In this document: piece by piece, positions 1 to 14,024 of the stretch
Position numbering within the stretch: position 1 is the first letter of the stretch
Layout: the number at the start of each line of letters is the position of its first letter
DNA from: Takakia lepidozioides
Lineage: Eukaryota; Plantae; Bryophyta
Direction of reading: 5' to 3'
NCBI GenBank assembly: GCA_030704615.1
Contig: CM060732.1
Location: 37,758,001-37,822,000 of the forward strand
Length of the DNA stretch: 64,000 nt
Position numbers and translations under genes: made by a program
Notes under the pieces: model-generated
Database searches by the model: none
Seen by the model: only the letters and a program-made list of their open reading frames with translations
Told to the model about the DNA's origin: nothing

Positions 1-1482
1 GCGGACCACCAGCTCTTCAGAAAGTGTGAGTACCTTCCGTGGGGCTGCCACAACCATCATCAAAGATGGAGAGCCTCATATAAAACAGGCTGCTAGTGTA
101 GCCATGTTCAGGAAGCTCTAGTATCAAGTCAATCTCCTTCCTTGTGAATGCCACTCAAGCATGGTGGAGACAATGAGGGGAATATGTGCGTATGCCCAAA
201 TGACCATGGCGAAAGGGCCAGGAGAGGGAAAGCAAAACCCAACATGTCCATAAGTCGGAATACAATCCAGACAACGGTGCCCATGTAGCTGTTATAAACC
301 TAATACAGACGAACAGAAGCTTAAGCAGGGGCCCCGAACATACGAGATTGTGCAGCAGCTCAGGAGATCAGAGTTTCCTTGTAGACAATTATTTTTCAAG
401 CAGGGGATGGAGTAGTTCCTCATAAGATGCTTGAAGAAGTTCACCATGGCTTTACACAAGCTGTGGGAAAATCCATGAAAGAGCAACGTGCTGGAATGTT
501 TGAGGGGGAAGGAGAGAACTGATGACGTATGAGCTTACCAGTATGAGCTTAGTGTGAAAGTCGTGGAACTCTGCTCGGCTACTTCATAGTAGATTTGTTC
601 ACAAAGAAAGGGCATAAGTAAATAGCCTGATATGCAAGTGTCCCCATGTGACACTACAAGTCTAGTTGTAGCATGAAGCCTAATTTGACGACCAGGGGAC
701 TTGTCATGTGGAGACAATGTTTGGCATTCTACAGTTGGCATCGGGTTTTCAAACACTGTAATCGCACGTTTCTATTACTGCCTGATCTCCAATACATACT
801 ATGCAACTTCTGAACTGGATTCTACCGCATAACCACAATTTAGACGGAATGGGTTTTCTTGACCCAAACTCAAACTTTCTTGGAATCCTGAACAATGTCA
901 CCTTAGTTGAGGCAGATGTGAAGGTGTAGTTAGGCTAATAGAAAAGTACCTGTGACCGACAGAGCGCCATTAACATCATATTATGTATAGAGTAGACCTC
1001 TGAATAGACTTTAGAATGGAAAGTGGAAATTTACTGAGACCACAAGTGACCACTTTCTAGTAATGTCAGACAAGTGACATGGGTGCACCCTGCTCTCTCT
1101 TTCAATCAAAATTGTACGCAGACGATGTTCAAAATAGGCACGAGAGGCTTGGCCAGAGATCAAATGAGTGATCTGTGATATGGTACGAGCCTGTAGCCGA
1201 AGAGCCTTCCAAGGGGATATAACGAGACTTTTCATGAACATCACATTCACCTAACTGATCCATTGACGCATCACCCGGCCCTATGTCTGTGCAGTTATCC
1301 ACTTTAAATAGTCAAAATTTCGGACAACTTGTACGTAATCCAGCACACATAACAGAGTCAATATCCGATGTATTTGTTTTTGCCGAGATTTCAAGAGAAC
1401 CGATCCCCGGTATGCCGTCAAAGAGACCGTGTACACTGCGATCATCTCTCATGTGGGCTGAACTCTGTGTGACAAAGGGCCA

Positions 1483-2037
1483 TCAGAGATGTGCGTCGTC
1501 CCTCTTGCTATAAAAGCTCAGTAAGGAATCTATCCAGGCTGGGTTCGATATTGCGCCCTTCCGAGTCTTTTGAACCCTCTCAGCCTGGCACATCCAATCG
1601 TCGACGTGTGGGTAGCTCTGCACAAGCAACCTATACGGAGCATCTCCGAGGTCAAGAAGTAGAGACTGCGGGTTCTTGAAGTTTGCCTCGATCGCACGTC
1701 TAACTATTGCCTCCGAGTTGCATTGTAAGCCCACCTCAAGAATGGTCAAAATATTCTTCTTGTTGAAGTCCACGTTGCCCTCGACATACTGCTCGCATTG
1801 TTCCTTCAGGGCTGCAACCTCATATTCCGTGGCCAGCACAAGGAGGTCCATCCATATGTGCTGGAGGAGAGTGGCAGACACGGATGCCAGGTAGAAGTAG
1901 TCGACAAATGCCTCGTACACATCCTTGTCGGTAACATTGCTACCGAATCTACATCCTCCGAGCTGCAGAGACGGTAAGACCAGATCACCTCCGTTCTCCA
2001 TTACAGCTTTGATTACCCGCGATTTAGCTGCCTGCAC
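1483..2037 (-). CDS. BTB/POZ-domain protein, last exon (upstream exons probably at ~2140-2600)
   Basis: ORF reads AAKSRVIKAVMENG...YEAFVDYFY...LLVLATEYEVAALKEQCEQYV...NILTILEVG, the typical BTB/BACK pattern (AARSPVFxAM / F..YLY / LL..A.KY....LK..CE). The 5' exon structure is unresolved. Confidence 0.75.
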   Translation of the reverse strand: MQAAKSRVIKAVMENGGDLVLPSLQLGGCRFGSNVTDKDVYEAFVDYFYLASVSATLLQHIWMDLLVLATEYEVAALKEQCEQYVEGNVDFNKKNILTILEVGLQCNSEAIVRRAIEANFKNPQSLLLDLGDAPYRLLVQSYPHVDDWMCQAERVQKTRKGAISNPAWIDSLLSFYSKRDDAHL

Positions 2038-2603
2038 CGACCCAGCAAGAAAAAATACAAGATCAATTCCATATTCTTCAGCTATAAATGGAGAGTAAAT
2101 GGACAGAAGAACAGTGCACGACGCAGTAAAAATGGATTACTTCAATAGACCTTATGAACAAAAATGTACTGCCTCAATCACATGTACAGTGTACTTGCTG
2201 AGAATGTATCCTACCTCCAGAAGTTCGCGCTAGTGAAATCAGGCTAGGCTTCAAGAGTCGGACCAAGACAACACGGTGGATCTGCCTGGTCTAAGTTTTG
2301 CCCTCAAATTGCACGAGGCCATCATGGTGAGTTGTCTGCTTTACGGTACTGCCGGGTGCTCGCGTAAAGCCCAGCCTCAAAAAGGCGACCTGCTTGCACA
2401 GAAGAGATATTTGGTGCTCCTGTGCAGATATGACTCTCTGCAGATCAGCCTCCTTTCGTTCCCACACCCCATCGCAATCTGAGTTCGCCCCTTCAGCGCT
2501 CGTGGATGCAGAACCTGGTGTATCACTGCCATGGGAATTGGTGTCGCAGCCTTCATGAGATTCAGCGGTCATTGAGCCTGTGCTGGTCCCCTTACCTCCC
2601 ATC

Positions 2604-2950
2604 TCTGCCCAACAATCCACTGAGCACAAGCTCTTCCCCCTCCCAACTGATCTCTGCCAACAATCCACTGAGCACAGGCTCTTCCTCCTCCCCACTGATC
2701 ACTGAGCACAAGCTCTTCCCCCTCCCAACTGATCTCTGCCAACAATCCACTGAGCACAGGCTCTTCCTCCTCCCCACTGATCACTGAGCACAAGCTCTTC
2801 CCCCTCCCAACTGATCTCTGCCAACAATCCACTGAGCACAGGCTCTTCCTCCTCCCCACTGATCACTGAGCACAAGCTCTTCCCCTCCCAACTGACCTCT
2901 GCCAACAATCCACTGCACTGAGCACAAGCTCTTCCCCTCCCAACTGATTT
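2604..2950. repeat. Tandem minisatellite, 82-bp period, ~4 copies
   Basis: TCTCTGCCAACAATCCACTGAGCAC recurs at 2651, 2733 and 2815, and partially at ~2897. Each unit contains two CACTGAGCACA(A/G)GCTCTTCC subunits. Confidence 0.95.
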
Positions 2951-5170
2951 CTAGAGTCAGTCTGTAATTAGAATCTTGTTATTCCTGGTCTTTGAGCAAA
3001 TAAAAAAAATGTGTGTATATAGTATATAGCTGTGTAATGAAAGCAGCCCTATTAGACTATCCACTATCTGCAGAGGGAGGAGCACATAATCTGTACCAAG
3101 TTTTTAACAGGTCTGGGGATTCCGTAAATGGTAGTTTTGTTGTCTAACATATATATAAAAGGTCTGAGATAGACCAAAAATATATTGATGAGGAAAAAAT
3201 AACCTCACATGACAGGCCATGAAGGCTCAGAAAGGGAACACCGCCCAGTAAGTAACCAGCTTTTTTTGCATGGTGGATAAGGATCAATAAAATGGATACA
3301 TATAGCTTTCTTTGCATGGTGGGTAATAAGGATTGCTAAACAAACACATGCACAACACTCTCAATAAGCTTACCGTCAATACACTACTATTTTCTGATTA
3401 GGAATCAGGATTGAATAAATAACATTCACTAATATATTTGTAATGGTGGTTTGACCATATCCGCGAGATTTCCCAATGCTTAGACCACAAAATTGCAATG
3501 CTCTTAAGTTTCAAGCCAAGCCACACACATGTATGTTGGGTGTTGTGGCCAACCCAGCTACAAAAAAGGGTCGTGGTCAAGTAAAGGGGCAGTAGCCGCA
3601 AGGTGAAGTGGCTCTTAGTTACGGCTTCGCCGGAGTCTTTTCTCTCTCTCTCTATATGGATACCTAGAACTTTTGAGTCATTTGGGGGGGAGTTGGGCAA
3701 TTATGTTTTCCCTAGCCCAATTTATGGTCGTTAAAAATATCTACCTTTCAAGTGAAAGGCAGATAAATTACACATGCTTCAGCAAAAGTCTTTCTCCTAC
3801 TGTATTTTCAAAAGCCATGTGCAGAACTGCTCTTAACTTTTGCAACGCATGATCCACAAGGATATTTTCTCATCCACAGCATTAAACACCGGCTATCTCT
3901 AGTATGAGAGTTTACTCTCAAGTTTCAACTCTGAATGACATACTGAATGACAGAATATAATGGATAAAATTATCAGATAATAATTGGTGATTTTAGGTGT
4001 ACATATATCAGTATAAATTAAATACATTTGATAGGAAAATAATAAACTCTACAAATAGACTTACAAAATTTAGGCATAAAAATTAATATACATTTCCAAG
4101 ACTTTTCTTTACTATGTACATAATCATTCATTCATTCGCATTACTAATTGCTGTGATTGAATAAATAAGGATGGCATACTGGACAATTTTATGTCCACCT
4201 TTTGAGTAAATGAAATTGGGGACATGGGGCATCTACACAAGTTTCTACCATGATGGATCCCCCATTAACTCCAGGCATGGCATGTTACATGCATTATGCA
4301 GTAACTGCTTTGCGAGGACCCTCTGCTCATGTAGATGTGTCTTGAAAACCCGCACACAGTGAAGAATGTTCTCCTTTCAACAGGCGTGATTGAAAAGGAA
4401 AAGTATATTACCCTTGCCAACCTGTGTGTACTTTCTTCCGGCCGCATACCATCCACCTGCTGCCAGAAACCCATAATGTGTGAAACAATATCTTAAAAAC
4501 TAAAATCATATTCACTCGAGTACCATTTGACTGCAATGTAAAATGTTCTGGATTGATCTTATGTGGTATTCCTCCAGCTGTTAGAATCAGCTTGGAAAGG
4601 ATCACCCTGCCCGAAGTTTTGGGTTGAGGGAGGACCAAACAATCATGGGCTGACAATCTGAAATTCGGGGTAAATACTGACAGAGATATTGGTTGATAGT
4701 TCCCTGCCAACATTGGCTACGACGTAGGCTCATGAGCATGGTCTCATCATACACCCTCGGTGAAGGAGAAGCATCAACCGACTGGTATGGAAATTCAACC
4801 TCACATCGCAGCTCAGCCCTCTTCCCCTTAAAAGAGACATAACACAGGGGACTGCGGCAAGAGGGTAAGTACCTATCAGGCACTAGGATAATAGGTAGAA
4901 CATGCACCTGGGCTTCAGGTAATCCAGACACAAAACACTTGCAGGTGAAGTAAGAACTGGTCAAAAGCACACCCTCTCCCACCTTCAGACAGCAGCTTCA
5001 AGAGTATCACTCTACACTGTATGAGCTCTTAAACTTCCCTCAATGAAAGAAACACAAGGGAGAGAGAGTTGAGGCCTTTCGTGCTCTCAGAAATGTCACC
5101 TGACTGCAGCAATTTCAAAAGGTCCAGTCTGGACAGATAAGGAGGCGATTGTGCAGAGGTGAGGGCGCCA

Positions 5171-8100
5171 TCAATGCTTGTCGGTGGCTGCTGCAAAAGT
5201 CCGAGGCAATGACAGAACAAGTGCCTTTAGATCTGGCATGCGGCTCTCCAACACCTCCCTTTTGGTGATTACTCTGTCTGATGCACAGTCATTCTCCTGA
5301 AATCAGGACAAACAGAAGCCAGGTTATCAACCCTACATTATAACCCGCATGTTGGAAAGATCATGAGAAACAGCACTAAGACATTCTCGTTTATAGAGCA
5401 TGGTGAAACAATATATAAACCGACATCTTGGAGTGACAAATGACGAAGGCATACTTCAGGATTGGCAGCAGCCTGCAAAGCCAGCAGCTGCACGGTGGCG
5501 GCATGGTATTCCATTAGCGTTGTGAAGGACTCCTCTGGAATAGCCCCCTGTAACAAATCCATGCAAAATGGGAATACCACTCATGACCAGCAATAGTAGA
5601 TCGCCGCAAAAGGATTAAGTATATCAGTGGGAAAGAAGGCTATCACAGCATGAGGACATCGTCTACCTTTCTGGCAGTCATAGAAACTTGTAACCCCTAC
5701 CAATGCAGCAGCACACACCTTATGTAAGAACTTTTAAAGAGCAAAGAGCAGCGTTTCACCTTTAATCGAGTGACAGCTGCTGCTATTGCCCTCCCTGGGG
5801 CTTGCAAAGCCCTGTTGTGCACCTATACCAAAGTCCACCATTGACCAAAACACCCTTAGACACAAAAACTGGAGTTCCAAAATCTATTTAGCACACTGAG
5901 CTGATGCATTGCCTGCTAATCTCAAAATTTCACAAATGACATCAAATGGTGAGACAAAGAAGAAATTTGTACCTCCACAGGAGGCCAAGATACAGAAGAC
6001 TATTAAAAAAATAAGGAGTGAAGTCAAGTGTCCTTCGGGGATAATGGGATTGCAACCAGAAGACACCCATATAAGCCTACATCCTGAAGAAAAGAAAGGA
6101 TAGGGCTCAAGGAACTACTAATCTAAAATTGAAGGACATCATTACTTTACCATGAGCTACAGAATCAATCAAATCCGTTTGTTTGTAGGTGTCTCTTAGT
6201 ATTTGGTGTACAATATAGAACAACAAGAAACACGAGTCAAAATGCACCACACATGAGCCAAAGACAAAGTGCCTAATGCAGACAAGCTTCCAGATACATT
6301 CAAGTCCTCAAGGCTCAAGCCCTCTGCCAAAGATAAAGCCTCTGAAGAGACAATAAAGTAGTAGGTCAAAGGCACCCTTGAGGAAGGGAGACAGAGATAC
6401 TTGTACCCTGTGGCTGCCCTATACATGCAAGCTTTGGCCTAAAGGGTCCTATACTAACCCTGCTGGAGCAAATATTATTATAGTGATAGATTGTACTCAT
6501 AAGACGTTGTTTGCCATAGCCTTGTGGCCATTGATATTATAGTGATAGAGAGATAGACTGGATACGTATGTCTGACTTGCCTGGACGAAGATGAGAGCCA
6601 CTACTTTGGGCAGCAATGCCACAGGGTCAGTCGCTTCTGCAACTTGTGATGTCAAGCCCTATGGCATAATTTGAATCAACACCACATCATGAGTGAAGAT
6701 GACATGAGGACATAGTTTGTGAAATGTTGCATAGTACCCACCTCCATCTCCAGAATACTGTCCAAGAGTGAGATAAAGACTTGAATGTATAATGCAGCAT
6801 GCCCACGAGAAAAATTATTTGCTCTCCGACAATCTATTCCCACTTACCAATTCCAACCCCCAACAGCTAATATGGTTCAAAAAAGTGAGAATTGGACACG
6901 CACACTCAACGATCTCATTCGTCAATTTTTGCAACATGAGAGACCATGCCTCAACGTGTTGGTTGAACCGTACCTTGCCATAAGAATGTAGAAGAACCCT
7001 TTCTGCCTTCTTATCCAGCTTCTTCAGCCGCAGACCGCTGGATAGAGAACCTCAACACACATCAGCCACTTATAAAAGTTTATTAACAGACAAGCCTATG
7101 ATGCTAAGCTGGTCTTTCTGGATACCATTAGTTGTGCTTGCAAGGAGCATAGTGAGGCCATATTCTCAAGTGATACGTACCTCTCCTTCACAACCATCTC
7201 CAATGCCATTTCAAACGCATCGACACTCTGCACAGCATATGACGCACATAACTTTATGTCATACAGTTCCACAATTTCTGAAGAATCTTCCCCTTGCTCC
7301 CCAATCGTTCCGCCTCTCCCCTTGTGGTACTTGGGAATGCTACTTGGGAATCACCATGCCCCAAAATTCCAGAGACATAGAAAACCCTGATACACAAACA
7401 CCAAGCTTCCAGTTAGAGGTGCATGTAGCACTATTACCTTGCCCTCCAAGCTCTCCACAATATCTACAGCCTTGGCTGATAGCTCTGAACCTTGCAAGCT
7501 CTTGGCCTGCACAGCCAACACCACCCAGGAGGTTAAGAAACGACGAAGCTTGGTACTTCCACCTTTACAAAATCTTCAAATATGTTTCCACGTGAGCTGC
7601 CATGAGAACTTTTTCAGTACAAACCTTGGGAGTGATGAAAACATACCAAAGCAAGTCTTTGTGAGGCACTGAGCGGCTCTGAGAGAGTTAAGTCCTGCGG
7701 ACCATCCAAATCTTCTCCCTCCTCGAGTCTTCTCTCCATAGCCTGTATCCCAAAGAGGACCATCATTCAGAGTACCAAATACAAACAGGCATGGGACCAA
7801 ATTGATTCCAAGATGCTTTTTGCAAAGATGAATAGTCTGTCCCATGGTGGATAGAGACAGCAAACACTCAATACATCCAGTATTAAGTGCATACCTGGGT
7901 ACTAAGAAAAAGGTCTGCAATTTCAGCCCCCGTTGTGCGAAGGAGATGCCGATGCAGAACCACCTGTAACCATAGCTTTCCAAAAATGTTAGGACTTCTT
8001 TTGTTCGTGACCAACCAACTGATCACAGCAAGGCATCCCAGCACTACAAGTAAAGCTTCCAAAATAGCCAAGACGAGCCCTATCCCTCTCTTTCCCATTC

Positions 8101-11100
8101 TTTAATCTTCCTTCCTTCTCTCTTGGATGTCATGAAGTCTCAGTCTTTCTATCTTGTTGACCTAGTTCATTCCATGGGGCCTCAGAGCTTCCACATGGAT
8201 TATAAAGCTTTCCTCTCTTCCTTTCTTTCTCACTGAAGTCTTCCACTACGAGGATCAGAAATGCTTGGCAGCTTACCTGCACGAGGTAAGCTGCCAAGCT
8301 ACGAGGACAATCACTCGAGCAATAGTTTTTGTCTTTGGCTCTGGTTTTGTTTCCTCTCTCATGTTTTCTTTCAACTTTTGTCCCATAAGCTCGACGAGCT
8401 TTCCGTGGACGTTATAGAGCACCATTTCCATTTCCATTACGAGCAATGGCTTCACTTTTGCATGGTAGTGATATGCTGCAAAGTCTCAAATCCTGTTTCG
8501 AGGCAGATACCAGTGAAGTAGTGTTAGTCAAAGAGAGAGAGAGACTACACATAGCTTCTTACCACAGTTGTTCTGTCATGGTCGAAAAGGTCCAACGCTT
8601 TTGAAAACAACTGAAAATCTGCAAAAAGCTGGCAAATTTAACAAAAGACAGTTACGTGATGGTGAGGGCAAACAAGGGCCAAATGAAGGGGAACAAAAGA
8701 ACTAGACATCCTCCACAACCGTGTTCTTAGCAGGCTATTCCAAATGTCTGCTATCTGGATCAGGCAATATTTCTGAACAATTCTCTACCTCATCAATTCT
8801 TTGCTGAAAATGCTCCACCCGACGCCGTCGCTCTTCTGCCTGAGAAGAAAAGATCGCACGCTTTGCATCCACCCAAGCAAACATTACAGAAGGCCTCACC
8901 GAGGCTGCCAATGCCTTTGCTAGTGCCCCTTCATCCCCTTCTTCTGCAACAACCAACTTTCAGACAGACATTGTTTGTGGAGTATAAAAATATTATCAAC
9001 CACATTCTCAACATCACCGCCAGTTCTTGTCAGCTCGCACAATCAAGATACATGCAGGCAGATGGCTTTTTATTTGCCTTATGTCCTATCATCTTAGGAG
9101 ATATGGTTACTATGGCAGATTCTTTAAGTTTGAAGACCAGAAATGCTTGGCAGGATGCCTGCAGGTGTCTTAATGCAGCACTTTTCTACCCCATGTATCC
9201 AGGAGAGTCAGTATTCCCTGGAGACTATGTTATCCTGGGTGGATTGTAAAGTACGTTCCAGTAAATGGTCTACATCCCTCTCTCTCATGTGGACATTATT
9301 AAGTTCCTTGCTTTCTTTTCCTCTTTGCAACCCCCGGTAAACGCAGTGGAGGTGAGTGATAGTAAACATATGGAACCACTTTTCTACACGCCATGCTCAA
9401 ACTAAGCTCAGGGTCTACCCAGCAGGGGTTTCTGGTAAGTTCTACTCTGTCCCAGGTAGTCTATAGGGCTCCAATGGACATGATAATGATCTTTGTTTCT
9501 TTCTTTAGACATAAAACCATGTCAGAGCGTAGTTTAACTCACTCTCCACCCACATCTTTCTCTAGACATACTTTTAACTGCATTCTCTCTTTTGTCTTGT
9601 TGTTCTACTTTGTCCCTGGACCTCAGGTCCCCATGACCATAGGTTACTCTTTTTCTCCATACAAAGTTGCATTACCTATTCCTGCATTCTCCATGTCGGG
9701 AAACCATTCCAAAATCTTGGCTGCTAAGTACTCGTGTGACAAGAGCTCATTGTCGTCAGTTGTTGTGCTCTCACCCTTGCTCAAACCACCATGCTTGGAA
9801 CCCTTCGGAATGCTGGACCCAGTTTCTTCAAGAAGCACACCAATTCCCCCTTTGCCTTTTACCCCCCGTTTCCTTCCCTTTCCTCCCTTCCCACCCACAA
9901 CCTCTGTCTCTACCGGTGGTGGCTTGGCCATTGCGATCCCTAGGCTTCCCTTCTTCCGTCTCCCGCTCTTGGCTTTGCCACTTTCTTCATTGTCCCCATC
10001 GGTTTCCCGGGAGGCAATTGGTGCAAGAGTAGTAGCCATGGCCTTTTCTGTTCCAGAGATCTGAACATCTGATGGTTTCCGGATGATAAAATTTGCTGAA
10101 TGAGCATCTACAGCTTTCTTCTGTGACAGAGCACGGACCTGGCCTTCAAATTTCTCAAACAGATTCTGCAAACCACACAATAAATGACATTCAAGTGATT
10201 AGTGACTCTCAAACCCTTTAAACAAACAGGTCTGCTACTAAGCTAACGTAGATGAAACAGCCGTGCCCTTCACCAAAATCCATCCTCTCTTACAGCCAAT
10301 TTATTGAAATCTTGGACAAGCATTCATTAACAAAATTAGCTGACAGGAACTTTAGAAGCATCTTTTAAAATGACAGACACCCCCTGCCATGAAAGTGGAT
10401 ACTCACATACCCCTTACCTTGATAAACGCATTGCTCACCATACATGTCTCTGCTAATACCACTGCCACTCCTCCCTGCCGATACCAATTCAGGACTTGCC
10501 ACATTAGGTCACTCCACTAAAACCCTCAGCTTTCTACAAACTAGGCCAGGGAACCTTGGTGGACAGTGGAAACACAATACACCCAGTTGGCCTCATAACA
10601 GACTAAGTTCAGAACCCAACACTTATGGAACCAGCAACACTGGGAAAACTGCCTACATCATCCATATTAATGGCAGCATAGAACAAGTTTTGATTTCAGC
10701 AAAGCTGGTCTGATTCTTACTTTCACAGCTCTCTGGACAGAAGGGCAGAGAGCCACAAGCTTGGCTGCATCTGAGACCCCAAATGATGGTGGAACTAAAG
10801 GCAATGCATCCACCCTGCAAAAAGGAATTGACAAACAGCACCAAGGTGATGATGTAAATGTACCTAAAAACCTTGAGAATAATGAGAATCATGCACAAGC
10901 ACCATGGAAAAAGAACACCCGACTTGTGTGCCATTCCTTCAAGAAAAGCAGGTCCTCGTCACTCAAAAGACCTCCATGCTTTTATGCAGGTAGATTACCA
11001 GGTATTTCCAGCAATAGTTTCTTCTGCTGCTGCATCCAACTGACTTACAATCGAGGGATGCACAAACACTGTATCCAAGGGAATCCCGTCCTTGTATTTA

Positions 11101-13955
11101 GCCTGTACACCAATTCCAAGGCGAATTTTTCTCAAATACAAGAAAACCCGGAAACCAGAAAAGTGGGTACAGGGCATGGATTTATTATATATAAGGTATG
11201 GAACTCACCAACTCTGCTAGTAAGCAAGGGGAAGTGGAATCAGAGTTCTTCCCACCACAAGATGTGCAAATTGGATTCTGCTTGCCATTGCAAAGAGGGA
11301 GAGAGAAGCAAAGGGGGAGGGTCTAACCTGTAGGTACTGTTTGGGCTGTGGCACAGTCAACTTGCGAACTGCATCATATGTTATGTACCCATTCTGCAGA
11401 CCACTTTATTTCAGACCAAAGAAAGTTGAAAGCTATCTCTTGAGCCCATGAGCAACCATTAGAAGCTTCAGAAAATGCTCTGAAAATGCAAATATAAAAA
11501 TGGCAGACGGATGAGTGACTAATGCATTTCGGCAAGCCTTGAGCATGTCACTTCTGCCAATTTTGAATATTTTTAGTTCAGGGTTTTCGGCTTCACAGAC
11601 CACTTATTTACTCCTTCGATCACTTCAAAAAATGGAAAACAACAACAAACCTGTGAGAAAAATGCCTCCACACTCTCACGCTGAGCAACAGCAAACACCT
11701 GCATTTTCAACAAATGAGTGTTATGCCCAAGCGAATGTTACCTTCATGCGTACTACATCCATATAGAAAACCCCTGGGCATAGAGGACTGACTAACCCAT
11801 TACAGTTTTAGAGACAGCCTCCCTTCCTCTAACTGTGACGTCAACCCTTGTCAAAAATCAACTAGAGAAAAAGATTGTTTCCTCAACCACACTCATTCCT
11901 CCCGCATTTGATCACTAGCACAAGAGTGCTGAATACATGGAACCAACATGTGTCAGGACAGACAGCTTAAATTATAAAAGTATCTTCCTTCTTTTCATTC
12001 CTTCTCATGGTCCCAACCCTAATGAAAGCAATGAGTTGCTCACCGCTGGTGTCCAAATAGCATTTCCACCACGAAGAGAGCCCTTGACCTCCTCACTTGC
12101 AATCAACTGATTCAGCACTGTTTGAAATAGGCCCCCCTCTCCACTAGCCCCCACAACCATCACGTCATCTCCCTCACGTAACTGCTGCTGGAGAGAGGTC
12201 CAGAGAGTGGAGAGAGGGGTGGGAACCATCAGAGCTCGCACTGCACCCCGCACCATAGCCCGAATGCGTGCAACAAAAGCTGGTGTATACAGCTGGCCTC
12301 CTTCAAGTTTCCCATGGATCTATCCTACATCAGAACCCTGTGGTGAAAAACTGTCTCTCTGATCATTAGTAGCGTAGGGTTTGGTTTACAATGGTATAAT
12401 GTTGAGCTGGGGACTGGTTTGTTGGGGCCCATGTTTCTTTGTCCCCTTCTCTCTTTGAGCTTCCTGTGCTGTCTCCCTCTCTCTCTCTCTCCGATACAAT
12501 GGCCACAAGGCTACGGCAAACAACATCTTATGAGTACATTCTCTGGTACACAGAGGAAGAGGGGATTGTAATTGTCCGATGTGCGGGCAGCCTGAAGACA
12601 ATATCCATTTCCTGATACATTGTCAGGGATCTTCTCACCAGAGAGTGACCGTCTTCAGGATGATCAAGACCATTGCTCTGCACCTCTGTTCGCCAACTTC
12701 CAAAATCTTGAAGCTGAGCCTAAAGCCCTGGCCCTGATGGGGTCTAATTGCTGGGCAGCTCACACACAGCAGTATCTACAGGATATCTGGAAAACCCGAC
12801 CAATTGTCTCTATCAAGGTGAGTCACACTACCAGAGAGAGGCCCTCACAAAGGTAGTATCTGTTCCCTGTCGTTCCATCCAAACTGGGCGCAGGGTCCAT
12901 GGCCACAAAGCTACAACAAAGAACGTGTCATGAGTACATTCTCTCTAAACCCTGGTGGAAGAGAGAGGAAGGGGAGAGTGTGATGGCCCAACGTGCAGGC
13001 AGCCCGAAGACAATATCCAAGCTCTGATACATTGTCTGGGATATTCTCACCAGAGAGTGACTCTCCTCAGGAACATCAAGAAAATTGTCCCGCACCTCTG
13101 TTCACCAACTTTGAAAATCTTGAGGCTAGCCTAAAGCCCGGGCCCTGTTGGTGTCTAATTGCTGGGCACCTCACACACAGCAAGTTAATGCTTGTGTGAA
13201 GGGCTTTCTAGAGGATATCTGGACAACAAGAACTACTTGTCTTCATCATGGTAAGTCACACTACCTGAGTGAGCCCCTCACAAAGGTAGTATCTGTTCCC
13301 TCTTAGTCCACCCAAACTGGGCACAGGGTCTATTGCCACAAGGCTACGACAAACAACGTCTTATGAGTAAATCCTGGTGGATGCAAACCCCACAAAAGGC
13401 TACTGGAGGGCAAGTTTCCGGCGGGGTCAATGGCCGTAAGCATGGCAAGCCTATGTTCCCAGGGAACGGCATGAGTACATTTTCTCTCTCACAAAGGAAG
13501 TTAGGTGTAGAGCGTCCCTGAACTTGTTTCCAGTCTGTCACATGGATAAGCACTCTGTCGAACCTCCATGGTCTGAATCGCATTCCTCTTGGCAATTGTG
13601 CACGGGTGCCGATGAACATTAAGCAGATGCAGAGAGGAAAGGGAGTTTGCCAATGCCCAATGTGAAGGCAGCTAAATCCACCTCTGTTCACCAACTTTCA
13701 AAATCTCAAGACTGAGCCTAAAGCCCTGGTCCTCTTGCGATATCACTGTTGGGCAGATCACACAGCCAGTTGATGCTTGTGTGAAGGGCTTCCTGGAGGG
13801 AATCTGGAAAGCCCCGAACAAATTGTCTATATCAACGGAAGTCCCACCACTCGAGTGAGCCCCTCATAAAGATAGTGTCTGTTCCCTTTCGTTCGGCCCA
13901 AACTGGGCACGGACCTTACGGACAAAAGGATACGGCAAACAACATCTTATGAGTA

Positions 13956-14024
<69 letters not shown>

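Noticed and set aside
1-1280. Short ORFs and exon-like segments at the window start
   Set aside because: No recognisable motif or consistent frame; possibly part of a gene extending outside the window.
2604-2950. Possible CRISPR-like array
   Set aside because: The units are contiguous tandem copies with no unique spacers, the context is eukaryotic, and no cas genes are present.
4265-5170. Minus-strand ORFs downstream of UFL1
   Set aside because: No recognisable homology; likely 3' UTR or intergenic.
13021-13031. GCTCTGATAC as a reverse tRNA-Met PBS
   Set aside because: Incomplete match inside an intronic repeat, with no adjacent LTR or pol.
13421-13440. CGGGGTCAATGG resemblance to plant U1 snRNA
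   Set aside because: Only about 12 nt match, with no ATACTTACCTG 5' end or Sm site.
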